DNA of 64,000 nucleotides from Candidatus Saccharimonadota bacterium (GCA_028286365.1 JAQBRR010000002.1:42165-106164), one strand, 5' to 3'; shown: positions 9,732 through 18,958, counted from the first letter of the stretch. The notes: generated from the letters alone by a model not told the origin. Translations and numbers: made by a program.

Positions 9732-11030
9732 ATGAAGATTGCAATCGCTGGTTTCGGACTCGAAGGCGAAGAGAATTATAAATATTGGGCTGCTCAGGGT
9801 GAGCACGACATTACTATTGTTGATGAGAGCGAAACTCCTTCACACACGCTGCCTGACGGTGTACCGACAATCTTAGGACCGGGTGCATTTGAAAAACTAC
9901 AGGGTTTTGATATGGTGATTCGCACCGCTGGGCTTGCACCGTACAAAATTAAAACTGATGGCAAAATCTGGTCAGCGACCAACGAATTCTTTGAAAAATC
10001 ACCAGCAAAAATCATTGGCGTAACTGGCAGCAAGGGCAAAGGCACGACAGCAAGTATGATTGCTACGATTTTTGAAGCAGCAGGTAAGAACGTGCATCTG
10101 GTAGGCAATATCGGTGTTTCAGCTATCGAAGCACTCGATCAAATTGGATCGGAAGACATCGTAGTCTACGAATTATCTAGCTTTCAATTGTGGGACTTAG
10201 AGCGATCGCCACACGGCGCAGTCGTCTTGTTTATTGAACCAGAACATCTTAATGTTCATACGAGCATGGAAGACTATGTGAGTGCGAAGGGCCATATACG
10301 ACTACATCAAACAGTCGATGATATATTTGTCTACCACCCAACAAATCGTTATGCACACGAGATTGCACTATCAGCAAACGAAGGCAAAACTATTCGCTAT
10401 GGGATCTCTGATGACGGGGGAGTATACGACCGCGATGGATTGTTCCTGCAAAACGGCGTGATTATTTGCCCAACAAATGCTGTACAAGTAATTGGCGCAC
10501 ACAATATCGAAAATGCATGCGCAGCGATTACACTCGTCCGCGCCTATGACCCAACTGTGACGGTTGATGAGATAGAAAAAGGACTGCGGTCTTTTACCGG
10601 CTTACCTCATCGGCTAAAATTTGTTCGTGAAGTCGCAGGTGTGCGTTATTACGACGATAGTATCGCAACAACCCCGAGTTCAGCGATTGCTGCCCTTAAG
10701 TCATTTAATCAACCGAAAGTGATTATCCTTGGTGGATCTTCGAAGGGTTCAGACTTTTCGACGTTAGCCCAGGAATTGTTGCAACACGACGTGCACGCAG
10801 TACTTATTGGTGATGAGGCAACGACAATTGCAAATGCCTGCGAGGCTGTCGGATTCAAGAATTACGAAATAATTGCTAATCCAGATATGACAAAAATTGT
10901 GACTCGTGCGCGCGAACTTGCGACACCTGGCAGTGTGGTATTACTTAGTCCATCCAGTGCAAGCTTTGGCCTCTTCAAAGATTATGCTGATCGTGGCAAT
11001 CAATTTATTGCTGTCGTTGAAAAGCTTTAA
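9732..11030 (+). CDS. murD: UDP-N-acetylmuramoyl-L-alanine--D-glutamate ligase
   Basis: 432 aa with GVTGSKGKGTT P-loop and Mur ligase middle and C-terminal blocks (HRLKFV, DDSIATTP). Confidence 0.9.
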   Translation: MKIAIAGFGLEGEENYKYWAAQGEHDITIVDESETPSHTLPDGVPTILGPGAFEKLQGFDMVIRTAGLAPYKIKTDGKIWSATNEFFEKSPAKIIGVTGSKGKGTTASMIATIFEAAGKNVHLVGNIGVSAIEALDQIGSEDIVVYELSSFQLWDLERSPHGAVVLFIEPEHLNVHTSMEDYVSAKGHIRLHQTVDDIFVYHPTNRYAHEIALSANEGKTIRYGISDDGGVYDRDGLFLQNGVIICPTNAVQVIGAHNIENACAAITLVRAYDPTVTVDEIEKGLRSFTGLPHRLKFVREVAGVRYYDDSIATTPSSAIAALKSFNQPKVIILGGSSKGSDFSTLAQELLQHDVHAVLIGDEATTIANACEAVGFKNYEIIANPDMTKIVTRARELATPGSVVLLSPSSASFGLFKDYADRGNQFIAVVEKL

Positions 11031-11668
11031 GCGAGTAAGTACTTAATCCTGTTCGCAATTGCATCAGTTGGCTCGAGCACCGTAACACTATCGCCAGCAG
11101 CATCAACAATTCGTTCCTTGATCATATGATAGTGCGTACAGCCAAGTACGATTACATCAACGTTTTCTTGCAGGAGACCTGCAATGGTGGCTTCAACCTG
11201 GACTCTACTTGAACTACCATCTTCGATTAATTTTGCCCACCCACTACAATCCGGTTCAATAACTGTAATATCCTTGGCCCAAGTTTGCTTTAGTTCATTA
11301 TATCGATCACTTTGAAGTGTTCGAGGTGTTGCGAGTACGGCAATGATTTTTGATTTTGTAATAGCAGCTGCAGGTTTTATCATCGGCTCAATCCCAATAA
11401 AATTAACAGATGGGAAGGTAGCGCGTAGGGCTGATATAGCGACTGTTGTTGCCGTATTACACGCAATAATTATCGCATCACACTCGGTGTCTAGTAGCGG
11501 TTGAATTGCAATTTTCGTGAGTTCAATAATGTCTTCAGGTATTCGGTCACCGTATGGGACATGGGCGTAGTCGTCAACCGATATAATTTCTGCATCGGGT
11601 AGTAGCTCCTGAAGCTTGCCTGCAACAGCTTTGCCCCCAACACCAGAATCAAATACTCCAATACGCAT
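11027..11668 (-). CDS. murI: glutamate racemase (short, 213 aa)
   Basis: IGVFDSGVGG, ACNTATT and GCTHY catalytic-Cys blocks. Its stop overlaps the murD stop within TTAA at 11027-11030. Confidence 0.9.
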   Translation of the reverse strand: MRIGVFDSGVGGKAVAGKLQELLPDAEIISVDDYAHVPYGDRIPEDIIELTKIAIQPLLDTECDAIIIACNTATTVAISALRATFPSVNFIGIEPMIKPAAAITKSKIIAVLATPRTLQSDRYNELKQTWAKDITVIEPDCSGWAKLIEDGSSSRVQVEATIAGLLQENVDVIVLGCTHYHMIKERIVDAAGDSVTVLEPTDAIANRIKYLLA

Positions 11669-11742
11669 AGTAGACTCATTTTATCACTACTTGGCGACCA
11701 CGATACCTTTTGTCAGCTCGTACTGATACAATGTAAGGAGTT

Positions 11743-12825
11743 ATGCAACCGTTATTAAAGCGAATTACTCATCTTTCTGCGCAGATCGACGCGGCTTTTG
11801 GACGTTTAAAAATTGCCGATAAACAGCATACGATTTCGCTACTAGAGAGCGAACTTGCAACATCAGAAATCTGGAATAATCCTAACAACGCCCAGGATAA
11901 AAGTAAGCAACTCGCTGCACTGACGAGTATGGTTGAACCATGGATTACACTTCAAGCTCAAGTCGCTGATATTGCTGAACTGATCGAGATGAATGACGAT
12001 AGCTTACTAAACGAATTTGATGGTCAAGTGACGGCGCTCGAGAAAGAATTTGATGTTCGTCGCAAAGAACTACTTTTAAATGGTGAATTTGACGACCACA
12101 ACGCAATTTTGCGACTCAGTGCTGGAGTTGGCGGTACAGATGCGCAGGACTGGACTGAAATGCTCGAACGTATGTATCTACGTTTTGCCGAAAAAAACGA
12201 TATGTCAACATCGATTGTCGAGCGTTCAACTGGCGAGGAAGCTGGTATCAAATCAAGTGTTATTGAAGTCAGTGGACCATTTGCGTACGGCAAATTAAAG
12301 AGTGAGCATGGAGTGCATCGCCTGGTGCGACTCAGCCCTTATAATAGTGATAATCTACGCCAAACCAGCTTCGCTCTCGTGGAAGTACTGCCTCAAATTG
12401 ATACGCCAGACGAAGTTGTCATTGATGATAAAGATCTTAAAGTTGATGTGTATCGAGCAGGGGGACATGGCGGTCAGTCGGTTAATACGACGGATAGCGC
12501 AGTACGCATTACGCACATACCAACGGGCATTGTCGTTGCAATTCAAAACGAACGTAGTCAGCTACAAAATCGCGAAACGGCAATGAAAATTCTTCGTGGG
12601 AAACTTGCACAACTGAAGCTCGAGCAGCACGCCGCAAATATTGCAGATCTACAAGCGGGGGAGTCAGCCAACTGGGGATCTCAGATTCGTAACTATGTTT
12701 TACACCCATACACAATGGTTAAGGATGCGCGTACAAAATACGAAGATCGCGATGCGTCGTCTGTCCTCGACGGCAAGCTTGATGGCTTCATTGAATCTTA
12801 CCTCGAACATACTCAGGTCGCTTAA
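11743..12825 (+). CDS. prfB: peptide chain release factor 2 (single uninterrupted frame)
   Basis: 360 aa with GGQ loop (AGGHGGQSVNTTDSAVRITHIPTGI) and RF2-type region HRLVRLSPYNS. SD AAGGAG upstream. Confidence 0.93.
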   Translation: MQPLLKRITHLSAQIDAAFGRLKIADKQHTISLLESELATSEIWNNPNNAQDKSKQLAALTSMVEPWITLQAQVADIAELIEMNDDSLLNEFDGQVTALEKEFDVRRKELLLNGEFDDHNAILRLSAGVGGTDAQDWTEMLERMYLRFAEKNDMSTSIVERSTGEEAGIKSSVIEVSGPFAYGKLKSEHGVHRLVRLSPYNSDNLRQTSFALVEVLPQIDTPDEVVIDDKDLKVDVYRAGGHGGQSVNTTDSAVRITHIPTGIVVAIQNERSQLQNRETAMKILRGKLAQLKLEQHAANIADLQAGESANWGSQIRNYVLHPYTMVKDARTKYEDRDASSVLDGKLDGFIESYLEHTQVA

Positions 12826-12904
12826 TTATTATTTGTTATTTATTGTCACTTAGTACTTAGTCTACAAAACAGAATACAATTTGCACGAGAAATCTGAAAA
12901 TCTC

Positions 12905-12923
12905 CTGAGCAGAGGTCCGTCCT
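12905..12923 (+). repeat. copy 1 of 19-nt repeat CTGAGCAGAGGTCCGTCCT (core of a longer ~70-nt similarity)
   Basis: Identical 19-mer at 59319-59337. Here it forms the hairpin GCAGAGG-tccgt-CCTCTGC. The word AAATGGCAA follows in both copies. Confidence 0.6.
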
Positions 12924-13010
12924 CTGCCCAGATAGTTCTCAGATTGAGTGATTTAACAGAGAGCAAATGGCAAATGGACAGAACAATACTTATATGGTAA
13001 TGTAATATGC

Positions 13011-13325
13011 ATGAATGAATCCGAAAATTCAACGTTACAACGACCTCTCGGTATCGATAGTGAAGGTAACTTACTGACAGAGGAAAGACGTGAAGAGCGT
13101 CTTGAACAAGTAAGAGAACTAATGAAGCGTGCGAGTGATCTACGTGTTGAGCTGGATGAGATTATGTCTAGAATTTACGGTTCGGTTAAAGAGCATCCTG
13201 CTAATGTTAGTCAACTTGTTAATGGGGCTCACGATATTCGTGCTGAACTTCTCGATATCAAAGATCAGATTGGTCACAAAACCTCAACTCGCTATCCTGC
13301 CATAAAAGACGTTAGCCTGGTTTAA
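13011..13325 (+). CDS. hypothetical coiled-coil protein
   Basis: 104-aa charged helical ORF (EERREERLEQVRELMKRASDLRVELDEIM). No family recognised. Confidence 0.5.
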   Translation: MNESENSTLQRPLGIDSEGNLLTEERREERLEQVRELMKRASDLRVELDEIMSRIYGSVKEHPANVSQLVNGAHDIRAELLDIKDQIGHKTSTRYPAIKDVSLV

Positions 13326-13493
13326 GCTAGGTGGATCAGTGCATAATTGACAAAATTAGATAAAAGTAGTAAGATAAGTATCTGACGACAGAGGTGGGAA
13401 ACTTCATCACAGCTCTTTAATAATATATATCTGTAGACACGAGACTCAACCCGAGTCTCGGAACCTAGGAAATATCTACGCCGGGAGGCAATC

Positions 13494-14162
13494 ATGTTGA
13501 AAAGCTTTACTACCGATGCGCTTGCCATTGCCACCACGGCGAAGGCACTCGCAGAGGAACTGCACTACACGAAGGCCGGACGCGAGCACTTGTTGCTTAC
13601 TTTTGCCAGCGGGGCCGGCGGCGACCTGATTCGTAGCGCATTCGAGCGCTGCGGACTCACCGCGGCCGCTGTTCGCTCGGCTATCAAGCCTATCGACAGC
13701 TCCGATCGGCCTGTTCGGCACCATCACGTCAAGTACGTTCACCAGCTTCAGGAGGAGGATCAGCCGTACGTTGAGGGCTTAATGGCTCTCATTGAAAATC
13801 AGCTGTTTTCCTACCTGACGTCGAACGCCGATCAGGTGTTCAAGATGGCTCGCAACGAGTGCGTCGAGAACGATGTGGCTGTCGAAGACGTTCTGCGCAT
13901 CTTCCTTCGGGAACTTGGCCGTAGCGACGACGACAGCCCTGTCCTGCAGGTGATCAAGCAAGCTGCACCTAAGCTCACACTTGGCGACATCAAGTCGGCC
14001 GTGGTGGAGTCGCTCGACGTCGAGATCGCCAGGCTGGAAGACATTCACGGCAAAGTGATCGTCGTCGACAGCTCGACACTCACCGAACCGCAGCAGGCGA
14101 TCATCAGACTGAAGCGCGTGCGACACGACTTCATGTACACCGGTCAAATGCAGCGGGCGTAG
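13494..14162 (+). CDS. hypothetical protein with Clp_N-like N-terminal repeat; GC-shifted ORFan a
   Basis: 222 aa. The N-terminus (FTTDALAIATTAKALAEELHYTKAGREHLLLTF) resembles the Clp R/N-domain. Strong SD GGGAGG. Counted lines are 63% and 68% G+C, versus 43% in the adjacent ftsE. Confidence 0.6.
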   Translation: MLKSFTTDALAIATTAKALAEELHYTKAGREHLLLTFASGAGGDLIRSAFERCGLTAAAVRSAIKPIDSSDRPVRHHHVKYVHQLQEEDQPYVEGLMALIENQLFSYLTSNADQVFKMARNECVENDVAVEDVLRIFLRELGRSDDDSPVLQVIKQAAPKLTLGDIKSAVVESLDVEIARLEDIHGKVIVVDSSTLTEPQQAIIRLKRVRHDFMYTGQMQRA

Positions 14163-14171
14163 TTCTACCTA

Positions 14172-14214
14172 GGAAGGGGCCGTCGCGTTTTTACGCGTAC
14201 GGCCCCAACCTTCC
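14172..14214 (+). terminator. GC-rich hairpin after ORFan a
   Basis: GGAAGG-GGGGCCGT...ACGGCCCC-CCTTCC nested stems with TTTTT in the loop, 10 nt after the stop. Confidence 0.55.
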
Positions 14215-14278
14215 TTGATATTGATTTCGTGTCTGTAGATATATTTTGCCCCTGATGCTTATGCTATAATAGGCATAA

Positions 14279-14983
14279 ATGATACTGCTAGATAGGGTTA
14301 CTAAAACGTACGGCAAAGATTTGGAACCGGCGATTAATCGCATGAGTCTATTTGTCGAGCCACGCGAATTTGTTATTTTAGTTGGGACGAGTGGGGCAGG
14401 TAAGTCGACATTATTAAAGCTTCTCACTCGTGAGGAAAAACCGACCAGTGGCAAGATTGTCGTTGGTGGGATAGACTACGACACCCTTAAAGATAATCAA
14501 ATTCCAATGCTTCGTCGCAAGATCGGAGTGGTTTTCCAAGATTTCAAACTTTTACCGCAACGAACAGTATTTGAGAATATTGCGTTTGCACTCGAGATCG
14601 CTGGTATGACGGGCCGTGAGATTAAAAATACGGTACCAAAAGTCATCGAACTTGTCGGTCTCACTGGTAAAGAGAAGCAATTCCCACACCAACTATCTGG
14701 TGGTGAACGCCAGCGCGTTGCAATTGCGCGTGCTGTCGTACGCCAACCAAAAATCTTAATTGCTGATGAGCCAACCGGAAACCTAGATCCAAAGCACAGC
14801 TGGGATATTGTTCGACTGCTTGAAAAGATTAATAAATACGGCACGACAGTCCTACTGACCACTCACAACGTGGATATTGTAAACAAACTCAAAAAGCGCG
14901 TAATTACAATCGACCACGGTAAAGTAACGAGTGACCAGGCATTAGGCAGTTACAGACAAGGGGCAGCAGATGGCAAAGCGTAA
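14279..14983 (+). CDS. ftsE: cell division ATP-binding protein FtsE
   Basis: 234 aa with GTSGAGKST, LSGGERQR and ILIADEPT. Followed by an overlapping ftsX. Confidence 0.93.
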   Translation: MILLDRVTKTYGKDLEPAINRMSLFVEPREFVILVGTSGAGKSTLLKLLTREEKPTSGKIVVGGIDYDTLKDNQIPMLRRKIGVVFQDFKLLPQRTVFENIAFALEIAGMTGREIKNTVPKVIELVGLTGKEKQFPHQLSGGERQRVAIARAVVRQPKILIADEPTGNLDPKHSWDIVRLLEKINKYGTTVLLTTHNVDIVNKLKKRVITIDHGKVTSDQALGSYRQGAADGKA

Positions 14984-15947
14984 ATTGGATTCCAAGGCAT
15001 TCGCCAAGCAAAAACAAAGTCGTCGCAAGTGGCTGACTTTTATTCGTATGTGTCGTTATGGCGTTAATAACTTTTCCCGTAATGCATGGCTAACGATTGC
15101 GGCTACGGCGGTTATGACAATCACGCTGCTAATTATTTTTACCACAGTATCAGCGAGGTCAATCTTAGTTAATACGATTGATCAAGTTCGTAACAACGTC
15201 AATATGTCGATATATTTAAAGACTGACACATCAAGTGCAGATGCGGCGACACTTACGACTGACTTACAAAAACTGTCGTCTGTTCGTTCGGTTGAATATA
15301 TTACGCCAGCAACTGCACGAACGCAGTTTGCCAATGATAATAAATACGACGTCAATCTAATTAATGCATTAGCCGAAGCAACTAACGAATTTCCTGGGAC
15401 ACTCAGTATTTCCGTGCAAAACATCAATGATACGTCGCAGCTGCAGAATTTTGTGAGTACAAATGAACTTGTCAAACAAGATATTTCTCCAACTCGTGCA
15501 CCATCGTTTGCAGGTCCAAGTAAGGCCGCCATTGAATCAATCGGGGGAGCGGTTGGATTCGCAGAAGAGATTGGTATTGTGGCAGGTTCGATATTTGTCT
15601 TAATATCTTCACTCATCATATTTAACACGATTCGTATGGCGATCTTTAATCGTCGTGAAGAAATAGACATGATGAAGTTAATTGGTGCGGATAAATCATT
15701 TATTCGCGGTCCATTTGTTGTCGAGGCAATCGTTTATGGTTTTATCGCAGCCGTCATCGCGACTGGTATAGGCCTTGCTATCCTTTATGCCCTTGCGCCA
15801 ACACTTTCGCAATATGTTACTATTCAGCCAACTATAGATTTCGTGACATTTTACATACCGTTTGTGCTACTTGGCATGATACTTGTCGGTGCATTTATTG
15901 GTATCGTATCGTCACTCCTGGCTACCAGGCGTTATCTCAAGCTTTAA
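14970..15947 (+). CDS. ftsX: cell division permease-like protein FtsX
   Basis: 325 aa with TM1, an extracytoplasmic loop and a C-terminal 3-TM FtsX domain. Overlaps ftsE by 14 nt. Confidence 0.9.
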   Translation: MAKRKLDSKAFAKQKQSRRKWLTFIRMCRYGVNNFSRNAWLTIAATAVMTITLLIIFTTVSARSILVNTIDQVRNNVNMSIYLKTDTSSADAATLTTDLQKLSSVRSVEYITPATARTQFANDNKYDVNLINALAEATNEFPGTLSISVQNINDTSQLQNFVSTNELVKQDISPTRAPSFAGPSKAAIESIGGAVGFAEEIGIVAGSIFVLISSLIIFNTIRMAIFNRREEIDMMKLIGADKSFIRGPFVVEAIVYGFIAAVIATGIGLAILYALAPTLSQYVTIQPTIDFVTFYIPFVLLGMILVGAFIGIVSSLLATRRYLKL

Positions 15948-15986
15948 CAGATTGCAAACCAATCGTGCTTATGCTAAAGTAGGTGT

Positions 15987-17177
15987 ATGAAACTGCGTAC
16001 CATCCACCACAGTCGTACCAGTCGAGTAGCCGCTCGATCTCTATTTGCCAAAGTAATGCTTGTTACGACTGTTATCACAATGGCTGTTATTGCGCCGCTC
16101 GAATCCGTCCAGAAGGTAGCAGCAGATCAATACGATGATCAAATTAGCTCTCTGCAGCAGCAAATTAGTCAGTATCAGGCCACATCCGCACAACTAGATA
16201 GTCAAGCATCAACATTACAGACAGCCCTTGCTCAGCTAGCTAACCAACAAGCAGCCTTGCAGACTCAAATTGATTTGAGTCAGGCCCAGTATAATCAGCT
16301 AACGACTAAGATTGCAGACACGCAACAGAAAATTAAGGATACCCAGGATGCATTAGGTGAAACTATCGCTGATATGTACGTAGATAATCAAATAACGCCA
16401 ATCGAAATGCTCGCAAGTAGTAAAAACGTTGGTGATTACATCAACAAGCAAACATATCGCAGCTCTGTAAGTGACCAGTTAAATACGAGTATTAAGCAGA
16501 TTCAGACGTTAAAAGCACAACTGGACCAACAACAGAGTGATCTAGCTAAAACACTTAATGACGAGCAAAGTGCTAAAGCTGAACTTGTTTCGCAGCAAAA
16601 CGAACAACAGAATCTACTAGCTCAAACACAAGGTCAAGAATCGGCGTATCAGCAACTGATTAGTACTAACGTTTCACAAATCGCAGCAGCGAAGGCGGCT
16701 CAGGCAGCGATTCGCGCTCGCGCTAACTCGACTGGTGGTTATACTCTCGTCGACGGAGGTTCGTTACCTGACTATCCATGGAATAGTTCTAATTGTCCGA
16801 TGCAAGGATACATGTCAACCGAGGGGTCTGATGGTAATGGTGGTGACGGTCATGGATATGGCTGTCGTCAATGTGTCAGTTATGTGGCATACCGCGTCGC
16901 GAAAGCAACGGGCGTGTATTATAATGACCTCGGTAATGGTGGACAAGTTACGCAGAACCTTATTGGTAAGCACGGCTGGACAAACCTTGGAAGTACTCCG
17001 CAGGCGGGCTCAGTTGGGTCGCTATTTGGTGATCCTGGACATACCGCATACGTTGAAGCGGTTGACGGTAACAAGATCCTCGTTACCCAATATAACTATG
17101 ACTATGGCACCGGGTACGGTATGTATAGTGAAATGTGGCTCTCGGCAAACTTCTTTAACCAATACGTTAAGCCTTAG
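15987..17177 (+). CDS. secreted coiled-coil + CHAP-domain peptidoglycan hydrolase (PcsB-like architecture)
   Basis: 396 aa with an N-terminal TM/signal, a long Q-rich coiled coil and a C-terminal CHAP block (CRQCVSYVAYRV ... GHTAYVEAV). Confidence 0.8.
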   Translation: MKLRTIHHSRTSRVAARSLFAKVMLVTTVITMAVIAPLESVQKVAADQYDDQISSLQQQISQYQATSAQLDSQASTLQTALAQLANQQAALQTQIDLSQAQYNQLTTKIADTQQKIKDTQDALGETIADMYVDNQITPIEMLASSKNVGDYINKQTYRSSVSDQLNTSIKQIQTLKAQLDQQQSDLAKTLNDEQSAKAELVSQQNEQQNLLAQTQGQESAYQQLISTNVSQIAAAKAAQAAIRARANSTGGYTLVDGGSLPDYPWNSSNCPMQGYMSTEGSDGNGGDGHGYGCRQCVSYVAYRVAKATGVYYNDLGNGGQVTQNLIGKHGWTNLGSTPQAGSVGSLFGDPGHTAYVEAVDGNKILVTQYNYDYGTGYGMYSEMWLSANFFNQYVKP

Positions 17178-17269
17178 AAAAATCTCTTAAAAAAGCATAA
17201 CTTCTATAGCGCGCTCGCCCCAGAGTGCGCTATACTTATATAGAATAAATTCTGATTGATAGGGGAATA

Positions 17270-18499
17270 ATGGCTAAATTACTACGGAGGGTTATCCGCT
17301 CTCATGCTCACACACTAAAGGCTAAAAAGGTCGTTTCGGCAAATGCACTTTTCCTTATAATTGCTGGTACTGTCATACTCGGGTTCTTTGTCGGTACGCA
17401 GAGTAACCAAATCATGGCCTTTATCGGTCCAGTCTTTGGTATCAAGACATATGCGGGTAACATTGACCTCAGCTCGCTCCAGGCAACATACCAAGCACTC
17501 AAAGCTAACTATGATGGCAAGCTAAGCGATCAAACACTTATTGATGGCGCAAACAAGGGAATGGTCGCTGCAGCTGGTGATACCTATACATTATTCATGA
17601 ACGCCAAGGATGCGGCGACCTTTGCCGATGACCTATCGGGTAATATCGGCGGTGGTATTGGTGCAGAGATTAGTATCAGATCCGGCAAGGTTACGATAAT
17701 TGGAGTACTCAAGGGTGATCCAGCTGTAAATGCAGGTCTTCAGGCAGGAGATACAGTACTGACTATTAACGACGAATCAACCACTGGAATGACTGTTGAT
17801 CAGGCGGTTGCGAAAATTCGTGGTGATGTCGGTACGACCGTCAAAATCTCAATTAGTCGTGCAGGTGAGACGAAGGACTTTACAGTCACTCGTGCGACAA
17901 TTACAAGCCCAAGTGTCACCAGTAGCGTGGCTGGTGGTATTGGCACACTGACAATTAGCCGATTCGACAGCGAGACGTCCAGTCTTGCTCGAGCGGCTGC
18001 TCAGGACTTTAAAACTCAAGGTGTTAAAGCGATTATTCTTGATCTTCGAGACAATGGTGGTGGTTATGTTGACGCAGCGCAGGATGTCCTCGGGCTATGG
18101 CTTGATAACAAGGTTGTCGTTACAGAACGCACTAACGGACAAGTAGTCTCAACGCTCAAATCTGGTAGTAATGCGTTACTTGCAGGCCTTCCAACGGTCG
18201 TACTAGTTAATGGCAGTAGTGCGAGCGCAAGTGAAATCGTTGCAGGCGCCTTGCAGGATTACAAAGTTGCCAAGCTCGTCGGTGTGAAGACATTCGGTAA
18301 GGGAAGTGTCCAAAAACTCATCGATCTACCTGATGGGGCAGAGTTGAAGGTGACTATCGCTCGCTGGTATACACCAAACGGCAAAAACATCACAACACAG
18401 GGAATTACCCCTGATATTACCGCAACATTGACCCAGGCAGACTCTGACGCTGGTAAAGATCCACAACTGGATGCAGCCAAAAAAGAACTCGGCCTATAA
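17270..18499 (+). CDS. S41 family carboxyl-terminal processing protease with PDZ domain
   Basis: 409 aa with a TM anchor, a PDZ-like segment (GDPAVNAGLQAGDTVLTIND) and S41 blocks (LDLRDNGGG, SASASEI, KTFGKGSVQ). Confidence 0.9.
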   Translation: MAKLLRRVIRSHAHTLKAKKVVSANALFLIIAGTVILGFFVGTQSNQIMAFIGPVFGIKTYAGNIDLSSLQATYQALKANYDGKLSDQTLIDGANKGMVAAAGDTYTLFMNAKDAATFADDLSGNIGGGIGAEISIRSGKVTIIGVLKGDPAVNAGLQAGDTVLTINDESTTGMTVDQAVAKIRGDVGTTVKISISRAGETKDFTVTRATITSPSVTSSVAGGIGTLTISRFDSETSSLARAAAQDFKTQGVKAIILDLRDNGGGYVDAAQDVLGLWLDNKVVVTERTNGQVVSTLKSGSNALLAGLPTVVLVNGSSASASEIVAGALQDYKVAKLVGVKTFGKGSVQKLIDLPDGAELKVTIARWYTPNGKNITTQGITPDITATLTQADSDAGKDPQLDAAKKELGL

Positions 18500-18542
18500 T
18501 GTTTGTGCTTAGCACAGCAAATGTAGTAAAATAAGGGACATA

Positions 18543-18938
18543 ATGGATACCAAGAAAAAGCTTCTGTTGGTCGAGGACGATGTCGCACTGTCGTCAGTCT
18601 ATAAGGCACGTATGGAGCTCGAGGGGTTTGAGGTCCAAGAAGTTAATAATGGCGAAGAAGCCTTGGCCGCTGCGACTGCTTTCAAGCCCGACTTAATTTT
18701 ACTTGATGCTATGATGCCAAAGATCAGTGGTTTTGACGTACTTGATATCCTCCGTAACACTCCTGAGACATCAAACATTCGTATTATCATGCTAACCGCA
18801 TTATCTCAGCCTAAAGACAAAGAACGTGCTGAATCACTCGGTGTAGACGATTATTTGGTTAAGTCACAGGTTGTCATTGGGGATGTCGTTGAACGTGTTA
18901 AATTCCACCTTGGAATGCTCGACCAAAAACCAGCGTAG
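18543..18938 (+). CDS. single-domain response regulator (receiver only)
   Basis: 131 aa with LLLVEDD, phospho-acceptor context LILLDAMMP and a conserved K (LVKS). Confidence 0.85.
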   Translation: MDTKKKLLLVEDDVALSSVYKARMELEGFEVQEVNNGEEALAAATAFKPDLILLDAMMPKISGFDVLDILRNTPETSNIRIIMLTALSQPKDKERAESLGVDDYLVKSQVVIGDVVERVKFHLGMLDQKPA

Positions 18939-18958
18939 AGCAGATTTAATTGATAACA

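Noticed and set aside
11743-11830. A programmed +1 frameshift site in prfB.
   Set aside because: The frame is open from the ATG at 11743 through the whole 360 codons. I saw no CTT-TGA-C type site or in-frame stop near codon 25.
13463-14175. The CCTAGG (AvrII-type) palindrome inside the ACCTAGGAA direct repeats, considered as a sign of artificial cloning.
   Set aside because: CCTAGG also occurs in natural hairpins here (for example at 19740-19745). Nothing else resembles vector or linker sequence, so I treat the repeats as biological.
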